Below, piece by piece: positions 27,976-35,856 of a DNA stretch of 64,000 bases. The stretch covers positions 11,540 through 75,539 of the forward strand of contig JBEIOK010000001.1 in the NCBI GenBank assembly GCA_040377605.1. The letters run 5' to 3'. This stretch comes from Nevskiaceae bacterium (lineage in GTDB: Bacteria; Pseudomonadota; Gammaproteobacteria; Nevskiales; Nevskiaceae). The position numbers and the translations under genes were made by a program. The stretch's first letter is position 1; every line of letters begins with the position of its first letter. Under the pieces are notes generated by a model. The model saw nothing but the letters and a program-made list of their open reading frames with translations. It did no database searches and had not been told where the DNA came from.

Positions 27976-29187
27976 GTGCCGTCGTCCAAGTCGCCCGCAA
28001 GCCGTGCCACCAAAACCGTCGACAAGGCGGGGGTCGGTCCGTATTTGCCGGACGTCACGCGCGCCACCGATCTGGCGCAGCTCGATGAGCTGCTGGGTGC
28101 GATCTACGATGGCCCGACCGAATCCCCGCCCTGGAACTCCGCACTGCAGATGTTGCGCGGCAGCCTGCAGGCGGCGCACGTCACCCTGATCCTGCGCCCG
28201 CCGTCCCAAGACAGCACCGGCGTGATGATCAACACCGGCCCGGTGACGACGCAGGGAGTCGAATCCTACGAAAGCCATTTCTTCGCCACCGATCCCTTCG
28301 TGCGCCTGCAGGAAGGCGAGGTACTGACCGCTGAAGAGTTGATGGGCAAGCAGTGGCTGGACAGCTCGATCTACAACGAATATCTCAAGCCGCTGGGTAT
28401 CCGTCACCTGCTCGGCGCCGACATCTACACCAAGGACGGCATCGAATGCCGTCTGCGCATCACGCGCTCGCTGGACTCGAAGGCCTTCTCCGTGGCCGAC
28501 AAGGCGCTGGTGCGCTTCCTGCTGCCGCATCTGAAACGCGCGATCCAGCTGCACGCGCGCCTGGACTTCCTGGAGACCGAGCGCCAGCTGTTCGCCGGTA
28601 CTGTCAATCGCATGCTGCTGGGCATCGTCAGTTTTGACCAGAACGGCGCGATTCTCGAAACCAATCAGGAGGCCCGCCGCATCCTGAGCGAAAAGGACGG
28701 CATCTGGCTCTCCGGAACCACCCTGGCCGTGGAATCCAGTCAGGAAGGTCGCGAGTTGCAACGCATGATCCGCGCCGCCATCGCCGACAACAGCGATGCC
28801 GAAGGCTCGGCTGTCGTCGAGGCCATGTCGATCTCGCGGCCGTCCGGTCGCAGCAAGCTGGGCGTGCTGGTGCGTGCCATCCCTATCGGCCGCTACTCCG
28901 AGAGCAAGCATCGCCCTGCCGCTGCCGTCTTCCTGCGCGACTCCGAGGCCAATGCCGCCCAGCCCTCCCAGGAGCTGGTGCGACGCCTGTTCGGGCTCAC
29001 CCGGATGGAAGCCCAGCTGGCCCTGCTGCTGGCAGAAGGCTTCACGCTGGACGAAGCCGCCGAAAAGATGAACGTGCGGCGCAACACCGCACGCACCCAC
29101 CTCCGGTCCATCTTCTGCAAGACCGGTGTCACCCGTCAGACCATGCTGGTGCGACTGCTGCTGAACAGCGTGATGTCGCTGGGCTGA
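27976..29187 (+). CDS. LuxR-type HTH transcriptional regulator with GAF/PAS-like sensor region
   Basis: LLPHLKRA, LFGLTRMEAQLALLLAEG, NTARTHLRSIFCKTGVTRQ; start uncertain. Confidence 0.88.
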   Translation: MPSSKSPASRATKTVDKAGVGPYLPDVTRATDLAQLDELLGAIYDGPTESPPWNSALQMLRGSLQAAHVTLILRPPSQDSTGVMINTGPVTTQGVESYESHFFATDPFVRLQEGEVLTAEELMGKQWLDSSIYNEYLKPLGIRHLLGADIYTKDGIECRLRITRSLDSKAFSVADKALVRFLLPHLKRAIQLHARLDFLETERQLFAGTVNRMLLGIVSFDQNGAILETNQEARRILSEKDGIWLSGTTLAVESSQEGRELQRMIRAAIADNSDAEGSAVVEAMSISRPSGRSKLGVLVRAIPIGRYSESKHRPAAAVFLRDSEANAAQPSQELVRRLFGLTRMEAQLALLLAEGFTLDEAAEKMNVRRNTARTHLRSIFCKTGVTRQTMLVRLLLNSVMSLG

Positions 29188-29383
29188 GCCTGTACCGGCT
29201 TCAAGGCCTGTTCATCTTTCGGACTGCCACCCGCGGGTAGGGTGACGATCGGCATGCGTCCGAAATCAGGCCCAGGGAGTAATGGAAGTTGTCAGCTTGT
29301 AACACTCCGGCTCCCTCTCGCCTTACAATAAGTTGACATAGGCGTCACCAAGCGACCCAACAACCAAGGCGTCACACCACCAC

Positions 29384-30055
29384 ATGATCACCAACAAAGC
29401 AGGCTGGGCCGCGCGCGAAGACGCGGCCATCATCAAGGCGCACAACAAGGGAACGGCGGCCGAACTGGCTGAAAAGTTCGACAAGCCGGCGTGGGCCGTG
29501 CGTCGTCGTGCCGCCCGCCTGGGCATCGTGCTGCTGCGCAGCGAAGGCCCGCCGCGCAAGAAGAAGAAGGTCGTGGCCCCCAAGCCAGCGGGCCGCAAGA
29601 AGCGCTCGCCGTTCAAGCGCTGGACCAAGGACGACATCAAGACGCTGAAGCGCGACTACGGCACCGTGCCCGCCGCCAAGATCGCCAAGGCCATGGGCCG
29701 TTCGCCGCAGACGGTCTACCGTCGCGCCGCGATGCTGGGGCTGGCTCAAGGCCAGGACATCAGCCAGAAGGAAAAGAACTTCATCCGCGACAACATCCTG
29801 CGCATGGGTGTGCAGGAAACCGCGCAGCGCATCAATCGCTCGGAGCGCACCGTGCGCCGCGAGATCAAGCGCCAGGGCCTGCTCGACGTCGGTGGCATGA
29901 CGCTGAAGCAGGAGCGCGCGCTGCGCAAGCATGATCCGGAGACACAGACCATCGCCTCGCTGGCACGCGAAGTCGGCTGGACCGACTACCGCACGCTACG
30001 CACGCTGGCCAAGCTCAACGCCTGGGATGCACGCACCACCAAGGCCAAGCGCTAA
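29384..30055 (+). CDS. Basic protein with four tandem Myb/homeodomain-like HTH repeats
   Basis: Repeat unit WTKDDIKTLKRDYGTVPAAKIAKAMGRSPQTVYRRAAMLGL plus three related units; strong GC3 bias. Confidence 0.8.
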   Translation: MITNKAGWAAREDAAIIKAHNKGTAAELAEKFDKPAWAVRRRAARLGIVLLRSEGPPRKKKKVVAPKPAGRKKRSPFKRWTKDDIKTLKRDYGTVPAAKIAKAMGRSPQTVYRRAAMLGLAQGQDISQKEKNFIRDNILRMGVQETAQRINRSERTVRREIKRQGLLDVGGMTLKQERALRKHDPETQTIASLAREVGWTDYRTLRTLAKLNAWDARTTKAKR

Positions 30056-30079
30056 CGTCCAAACGGACCGTTGCACCCG

Positions 30080-30110
30080 GAATGCCCGCGCAAGCGGGCA
30101 TTCTGCTTTG
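30080..30110 (+). terminator. Intrinsic terminator
   Basis: GAATGCCCGC-GCAA-GCGGGCATTC followed by TGCTTTG. Confidence 0.7.
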
Positions 30111-30224
30111 CGCCCTCACCCCCGAATCGGGGGGTTCTGCCCATCGCCGTGACTCCCTACCTTTGGTCCAGGGACTCGACGACCGTTCGTCGTCGGGCAT
30201 TGGCACAGGGACTTGGAGACGGCA

Positions 30225-30785
30225 ATGAAGAAACTTGGACTTTTACTGATTCCGGCGCTGTTCGCGCTCAGCGCCTGCGATGACAACGGCAATGGCGGCG
30301 GTGGCGGTGGACCGATCGGCGGCGCGAGCTGCGATCTGAAAATCCCGATGCAGGTCACCGGCGAACTGACGCCGCAGTACACCTGGGACGGCGGCGCCGT
30401 GGAAAATCTGGCGATCACGCGCGTGGAGAATCTGGAATATCTGTCCAATGCCGCGAACGCGACAGCCTGCGCCACGGCCATGGTGCCCGGCTCCGGCACG
30501 ACCCGCGACGAGCGCTGCAAGATCGCCTATGCACGAAAATCGCTGCCCTCCCCCTCCGCACCGACGGTTGCGCGCAGCCTGGTGACCTCGCCGGTCATGC
30601 ACGGCGCACCCGGCGATTCGAGCATCCCGCCGAATGTCACCGCGCTGACCGAAGAAGCGCCGCTGGTCATGGGCGTGGCGTATCAGATGAGCGTCACGCG
30701 CGTGAAGTCCGACGGCAGCGTGGAATCCTGCGGCTGCCTGCGCTTCAACGCTGGCACTGCCAAGTCGGGTGACGGCAGCTGCTGA
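30225..30785 (+). CDS. Hypothetical Cys-containing lipoprotein
   Basis: MKKLGLLLIPALFALSAC lipobox, Gly linker, six further Cys; RBS GGAG. Confidence 0.8.
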   Translation: MKKLGLLLIPALFALSACDDNGNGGGGGGPIGGASCDLKIPMQVTGELTPQYTWDGGAVENLAITRVENLEYLSNAANATACATAMVPGSGTTRDERCKIAYARKSLPSPSAPTVARSLVTSPVMHGAPGDSSIPPNVTALTEEAPLVMGVAYQMSVTRVKSDGSVESCGCLRFNAGTAKSGDGSC

Positions 30786-30803
30786 CTCTGTCGCGTTCAT
30801 CGC

Positions 30804-30845
30804 CGCAAGCAACCATGCCCGCGGACGCGGGCATGGTTGCTTGCG
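30804..30845. terminator. 19-bp perfect stem hairpin between convergent genes
   Basis: CGCAAGCAACCATGCCCGC-GGAC-GCGGGCATGGTTGCTTGCG. Confidence 0.7.
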
Positions 30846-30852
30846 CGAGATC

Positions 30853-31533
30853 TCACAGCGCGGGTGTCGGCTCCTCGAGGCTGCGCACCCGATCGGCCTT
30901 GGCCAGCGCCATGAACGTGGAAAAGGACAGCCGCATCGCACGCTTCGGTGCCGCCCGCACCGTTTCCAGCCGGTCGGCATACGCCAGAATCACGCCGCAC
31001 TCGGACGGAATCTCGTCGGGCTCGCCCACGCCCTCGGCCAGCACGTAGTAACACTCCGACGACACGGCCAGATACGCCGCACGCTTCTCTGGCTTCTTGA
31101 GGTCCGCACGCAGGTCGCTGCGCTTGACCTTGATCTCGTGCACGACCGGCTCGACATACTCTTCCACGGTGGTGTTGCGGATCGAAAATACATCCGGCCG
31201 CAGATGCATCCATGCCTCGCCCGGCTTGCCGAGCAGCGTCAGCCCGCGATAGGCGATGCGCCCGTGACGCACCTGCGTCTCCGCCACCCGGGTCACCAGC
31301 GCCTCATGCTGATCCAGGACGCTGCGATTCTGCTGCAGGACCTCCGACAGATGCCGGATGCCGGCATCGGTCACCCGCAGATACTCCGGCCCATTGGCCG
31401 GCTGCTGGCGCTCCAGCATCCCGGCCGCGAGCAGATCGATTTCCACCGTATCCAGGCAGGGCCAGCCCGCCGAGCGATACATCTGCCGCAGGCGCTGGTG
31501 ATGGGTACGGGTCAGAACGGCGGACGTGCTCAT
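30853..31533 (-). CDS. PD-(D/E)xK nuclease-fold protein, MmcB-like
   Basis: RPDVF...HEIKVKRSDLRADLKKPEK...YYV...EIPSECGVI; ATGA overlap with the umuD-like gene. Confidence 0.7.
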   Translation of the reverse strand: MSTSAVLTRTHHQRLRQMYRSAGWPCLDTVEIDLLAAGMLERQQPANGPEYLRVTDAGIRHLSEVLQQNRSVLDQHEALVTRVAETQVRHGRIAYRGLTLLGKPGEAWMHLRPDVFSIRNTTVEEYVEPVVHEIKVKRSDLRADLKKPEKRAAYLAVSSECYYVLAEGVGEPDEIPSECGVILAYADRLETVRAAPKRAMRLSFSTFMALAKADRVRSLEEPTPAL

Positions 31534-32135
31534 CGGAATTGCTTCAACGCCCCGGTCACCACGCCCCAGATCAGCCACTCGTCGTGCTCCTGCAAGACGC
31601 GGATCCGGTGTGCAGGATTGGAAGACTCGGGGATCAGGCGCACCTGACCGCCCTGGCGGGAAAACCGCTTCACGGTATGCCCCTCGCCGAGGATGATGGC
31701 GATCACCACGTCCCCCTCACGCGGTTGCAGACTGCGGTCCACAACCAGCTTGTCGCCCTCGCCGATCCCCGCGAGATTCATCGAGTCGCCCTCCACCGTG
31801 AAAATGCGGGTCTGATCGGGCTTGCGCACCATCATCTGGTTCAGATCGCAGCCGGCGTCTTCGGACTCGTCCTGGGCCGGCATGGGCGTGCCGGCCGGCA
31901 CCCGTACCGGCGCCGTGCCGATGCGCAGTGGCGGCGGGTCCAGCGCCACCGCCTCGGACGGCAGCGCGGCAGCCAGACGGGCCAGCCGGTAATCCTTGAG
32001 ATAGCTCACCAGCGAGGGCACCGCCCCTTCCGGTATGCGCACGGTCCGCGTCGGCTCGCCAAACTTGCCGGTCCCCGCCGGCCGTCCCGCTCCGGGCCGA
32101 GCACCGCCCGGACCGCCTGTCTTTTTCCTGCGCAT
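31530..32135 (-). CDS. umuD: UmuD/LexA-family S24 autopeptidase with extended basic N-terminus
   Basis: VPAG cleavage site, VEGDSM catalytic Ser, TVKR catalytic Lys, IWGVV; N-terminal GGARPGAGRP. Confidence 0.8.
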   Translation of the reverse strand: MRRKKTGGPGGARPGAGRPAGTGKFGEPTRTVRIPEGAVPSLVSYLKDYRLARLAAALPSEAVALDPPPLRIGTAPVRVPAGTPMPAQDESEDAGCDLNQMMVRKPDQTRIFTVEGDSMNLAGIGEGDKLVVDRSLQPREGDVVIAIILGEGHTVKRFSRQGGQVRLIPESSNPAHRIRVLQEHDEWLIWGVVTGALKQFR

Positions 32136-32140
32136 GATGA

Positions 32141-32173
32141 CCTTCCTGATTTCCGTGACGATAATCAGGCAGG
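32141..32173. promoter_or_regulatory. Palindromic candidate operator upstream of the umuD-like gene
   Basis: CCTtCCTGATT-N11-AATCAGGcAGG, 5 nt from the start codon. Confidence 0.5.
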
Positions 32174-32298
32174 ATCAGGCAAACGTCAATCCGCCCTCGG
32201 GAGCCCCCTGCGCCACCCCGCCCCGGGCCCGCGGCCGCCTGCTATGTTGCGGCTGCAGGCAACCCACACCGGACCGGTCACGAGAATCCGAACGCGCC

Positions 32299-33342
32299 AT
32301 GGCGGATCACACGGTTGCGAAGACAGAAGCGATCGCTCTCGACGCGATGACGGACGAGCAACTGCTCGACCTGCGTATCTGCGATCTGCCGATCCGGCTG
32401 GAGGGCACCTGGCTGCAGGCGCGCGTGGCGCAGCTGCATCAGGAGCTCCAGGCACGCAACCTGCAGTTCCAGCCGCTCTGCTACCTGGCCGACGAATGGC
32501 TGACGCCCGAAGGCGAGCCGGTGATCGGCATCCCGTTTTACCTCGCGCATCCGCGGCTAATGGCGCTGGAAAAAAAGATGATGCTGGAGGCCGAAGGCGA
32601 GACCGAGGCCTGGTGCATGCAGCTGCTGCGCCACGAAGCCGGGCATGCACTCAGCTACGCCTTTGACCTGCACAAGAAGCGCAGCTGGCAGCAGGTTTTC
32701 GGCAAGCCCTCCGCCCCCTACGGTGACACCTACCGCTTCAAGCCCTACAGCAAGAACTTCGTCCATCACCTCGACAACTACTACGCGCAATACCACCCGG
32801 ATGAGGATTTCGTCGAAACCTTTGCGGTCTGGCTGACTCCGGGTCTGGACTGGCACCGCGAATACGCCGACTGGAAGGCGCTGGACAAGCTGTTGTTCGT
32901 CGACCGGCTGATGGCGCGCATTGCCCACAAGCCGCCCCTGAAGAAAACCGGCAAGCGACTGTGGCAGGCCGCCAAGATGCGCAGCACGCTGCGTCGCTAC
33001 TACCAGCGGCGTCGCCACGACGAAGCCGAGAACCGCCCCGAGTTCCATGACGAAAACCTGCGCCGCATGTTCCCCGCCGTGGCGGTCAAGGGCGATGCGC
33101 GACAGCCGATCGCGCGTCTGATCCAGACTCACCGCAAGGAGCTGGCCACCGCCGTCGCCGACTGGACCGGCGAGCGCAAGTACATGCTCAACGAAGTCAT
33201 CAAGGCCGTGCATCAACGCAGCAAGGCGCTGCGGCTGGTCACGGCCGAACCGGAGTCCGTCGCCGTGCTCAAGCTCGCCACGTACCTCACCACGCTGCTG
33301 ATGAACTACCGCCACACCAACCGCCTGCGCGGGATGAAATAA
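32299..33342 (+). CDS. Putative zinc metallopeptidase (Peptidase_Mx-like)
   Basis: IGIPFYLAHP, LLRHEAGHA (HExxH), YAQYHPDEDFVETFAVWL. Confidence 0.8.
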   Translation: MADHTVAKTEAIALDAMTDEQLLDLRICDLPIRLEGTWLQARVAQLHQELQARNLQFQPLCYLADEWLTPEGEPVIGIPFYLAHPRLMALEKKMMLEAEGETEAWCMQLLRHEAGHALSYAFDLHKKRSWQQVFGKPSAPYGDTYRFKPYSKNFVHHLDNYYAQYHPDEDFVETFAVWLTPGLDWHREYADWKALDKLLFVDRLMARIAHKPPLKKTGKRLWQAAKMRSTLRRYYQRRRHDEAENRPEFHDENLRRMFPAVAVKGDARQPIARLIQTHRKELATAVADWTGERKYMLNEVIKAVHQRSKALRLVTAEPESVAVLKLATYLTTLLMNYRHTNRLRGMK

Positions 33343-33344
33343 CC

Positions 33345-34367
33345 ATGGCCACCACCAAGCGCGTGCTCATGGCCTTCGACATCCCCTACAAAGTGCCGCG
33401 CGACTATGACTACGCCGAGGAATTCGCCAACCCCGACGGGCACTACACCGAGAACGATGTCTGGCAGGCCCTGCTGGAGAATGGCTACGAGGTCCGCCGG
33501 CTGGGCCTGTACAACGACATCCGACCGCTGCTCGAGGAAGTCGAAAGCTTCAAGCCGGACGTGATCTTCAACCTGGTCGAGACTTTCAACGAGGTCACGC
33601 AGCTGGACAAGAACATCGCCGCCCTGTTCGAGCTGCTGCGCATCCCCTACACCGGGGCCACGCCCGCAGCGATGCATCTGTGCAACGACAAGGCGCTGGG
33701 CAAGAAGATCCTGCGCTACCACCGCGTGCGTGTGCCGCGTTTTCATACCTTCTATCGCGGCCGCAAGGTCTGGCTGCCCAAGACGATCAAGCTGCCCTGC
33801 ATCGTCAAGCCACTCAACGAGGAAGCCTCACGCGGCATCTCCAAGGCCTCGATCGCCAAGGATGAGAAAGCCTTTCTGGACCGCGTGGCGATGATTCACG
33901 ACAGCATGAAGCAGGATGCGATCGTCGAGGAGTACATCGAGGGGCGCGAGCTGTACGTCAGCATCATCGGCGACCAGCAGCTGCGCATGCTGCCGCCACG
34001 CGAGATGAACTTCGGCAAGTTGCCCGAGGGAGAGCCGCGCATCGCCACCTACAAGGCCAAGTGGGACGACGCCTACCGCGAGCGCTGGGGCATCACCGAC
34101 AACACGTTTGTCGATGGCATCGACAAGGCGCTGGAAGAAAATCTCAACGATGTCTGCAAACGCGCCTACCGTGCACTCAACATCCGCTCCTATGCACGCT
34201 TCGACCTGCGTATCACCGCCAGCGGCCAGGTCTATGTGATCGAACCCAACGTGAACCCCTGCATTGCCCGCAACGACGAGTTTGCGCAATCGGCAGCAAA
34301 GGTCGGCATCGACTACCCGGCGCTGATCCGCCGCATCGTGCGCCAGGCGCTGCGAGAGAAGGACTAG
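33345..34367 (+). CDS. ATP-grasp ligase, D-Ala-D-Ala ligase-like
   Basis: IPYTG, DKALGK, PCIVKP..EEASRGIS, EEYIEGRE, YARFDLR, IEPNVNP. Confidence 0.88.
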   Translation: MATTKRVLMAFDIPYKVPRDYDYAEEFANPDGHYTENDVWQALLENGYEVRRLGLYNDIRPLLEEVESFKPDVIFNLVETFNEVTQLDKNIAALFELLRIPYTGATPAAMHLCNDKALGKKILRYHRVRVPRFHTFYRGRKVWLPKTIKLPCIVKPLNEEASRGISKASIAKDEKAFLDRVAMIHDSMKQDAIVEEYIEGRELYVSIIGDQQLRMLPPREMNFGKLPEGEPRIATYKAKWDDAYRERWGITDNTFVDGIDKALEENLNDVCKRAYRALNIRSYARFDLRITASGQVYVIEPNVNPCIARNDEFAQSAAKVGIDYPALIRRIVRQALREKD

Positions 34368-34390
34368 AATCGTGCCTCCTTCTTCGGCAG

Positions 34391-34945
34391 ATGCCCTTGA
34401 ACGCCTCCCATCCTGTTGAAACTTCGGTCCGCCGCTGGATCGAAACCGTCGTGATCGGACTCAACCTGTGTCCGTTCTCGGCCCGACCCTTCCGGGCGGG
34501 TCAGGTGCGGATCCATGTCAGCGACAGCACCGATGAAGTAGAGCTGCTGACCGAGCTGCAACTGGAGATTGCGCGTCTCGACGAGACGCCCGCCACCGAG
34601 ATCGAAACCACGATCATCGCGATCCCCCATCTGCTGGCGGACTTCTTCGACTACAACGACTTTCTCGAGAAGGTGGACGACCTGCTGGATCACTTCGAGT
34701 GGAGCGGCCGCTATCAGGTCGCCAGCTTCCATCCGCAGTACCAGTTTGCCGGCACCAATCCCAACGACGCCGAGAACTTCACCAATCGCTCGCCCGTACC
34801 CCTGCTTCACCTCCTGCGCGAAGACAGCGTCGAGGCCGCCGTCGATGGACATCCGGACATCGACAGCATTCCGCGAGCCAATATCCAGCGCCTGCGCGAT
34901 CTGACGCCGGAGCAACGTCAGGCGCTGTTCGAGCCTGACGCGTAG
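34391..34945 (+). CDS. DUF1415 family protein
   Basis: WIETVVIGLNLCPF, QVASFHPQYQF, NFTNRSP. Confidence 0.85.
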   Translation: MPLNASHPVETSVRRWIETVVIGLNLCPFSARPFRAGQVRIHVSDSTDEVELLTELQLEIARLDETPATEIETTIIAIPHLLADFFDYNDFLEKVDDLLDHFEWSGRYQVASFHPQYQFAGTNPNDAENFTNRSPVPLLHLLREDSVEAAVDGHPDIDSIPRANIQRLRDLTPEQRQALFEPDA

Positions 34946-34957
34946 CCGGCACCGCCG

Positions 34958-35323
34958 TCAGGCTCGGGCTGGCGCACCCGCTGCGCGCGCCTCGGCCGCT
35001 TCTGACGCATATCGAAACCGTGCCTGCTGATTGGGCGCGAGCCGCCGCACCCGGCACCATTCGGCGAAGGCGGTGGGCGCCACGATGGTCTTGAACACGC
35101 GATAGCCCCGCGCTTCCATCTGCTGGACACCCTGCTCCGCTGCGGCCAGCCAGTGGTCGAAATCGGCAAACATCTCACCCGCATCGATCATCACCCGCAG
35201 CACCTCCGGGTAATGCTCGCGCAGGTACCAGGGTATGCCGGCAATGGCGCCCGTCTCCGACGGCGCATCGGACTCGCATGCACGAACCGTCGCGGTCCGC
35301 GTCTTGCTGCTGGAAAAAAACAT
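34958..35323 (-). CDS. Hypothetical protein
   Basis: Protein-like sequence (GIPWYLREHYPEVL...FDHWL...FAEWC); SD GGAGG before ATG 35323. Confidence 0.7.
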   Translation of the reverse strand: MFFSSSKTRTATVRACESDAPSETGAIAGIPWYLREHYPEVLRVMIDAGEMFADFDHWLAAAEQGVQQMEARGYRVFKTIVAPTAFAEWCRVRRLAPNQQARFRYASEAAEARAAGAPARA

Positions 35324-35391
35324 GACTGCCTCCCCGGGCAGAGGCCACGCACGGGGCGCGGCCGGTAGAAAAAATAACGACGGAGGGAGGC

Positions 35392-35772
35392 TTAGCGGGG
35401 AGGCGCCTGCGGCGACGGCCGGAGCAGGCGTGGCAACGGAGAATAGGCACGCCGACGCCGCCAGGGCACACGCTGATGCGTGACCCGACGATGCGCCAGC
35501 GGCAGACAAAGCACGATGAAGACGAGTGCCGCCGCGAAGGACGGCGTGAAGTCCGGCACCAGATCAATCGCCAGCAGGATCTCCCCGGGGCCGAACACCG
35601 CAGCCTGTAGAAAATCCCAGCCCCAATCCGGCGAGGCCTCGACCTGATACTGATGACTGACGGTCTTTGGCTCGACGTCATCATCCGTCAACGCCAACTG
35701 CGCCAGCGGCTGCACGACCTGACAGAAGGTCCAGCCGACCAGCAGCAGAATGACGAGCAGGTTGCGTGGCAC
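35392..35772 (-). CDS. Small membrane-targeted protein ending in QAPPR; candidate arrest-peptide leader
   Basis: N-terminal signal-like stretch, second hydrophobic segment, basic/Pro-rich tail ...LLRPSPQAPPR-stop. Confidence 0.65.
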   Translation of the reverse strand: MPRNLLVILLLVGWTFCQVVQPLAQLALTDDDVEPKTVSHQYQVEASPDWGWDFLQAAVFGPGEILLAIDLVPDFTPSFAAALVFIVLCLPLAHRRVTHQRVPWRRRRAYSPLPRLLRPSPQAPPR

Positions 35773-35856
35773 GCCCGGACAGTAGACCGCAGGGCGCGGT
35801 GGGTCAAGGCATGCGGTTTGTGCTCTGGCGCGCTCGAACCCGCACCATGATCCCCG

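Noticed and set aside
30054-30071. AACGTCC-AAAC-GGACCGT resembling the steroid-regulon operator
   Set aside because: Overlaps a stop codon and lies before a terminator rather than in a promoter position; may be chance
30113-30134. CCCTCACCCCCGAATCGGGGG matching part of the repeat at 38795
   Set aside because: Too short and low in complexity to separate a repeat remnant from an operator or coincidence
29384-32135. Prophage or genomic island, given the HTH-repeat protein, S24 peptidase and nuclease
   Set aside because: No integrase, structural genes, att-like direct repeats or adjacent tRNA; codon style matches the host genes
33345-34367. Housekeeping ddl or vancomycin-resistance ligase
   Set aside because: Lacks the Ddl N-terminal motif and has no mur/fts or van neighbours
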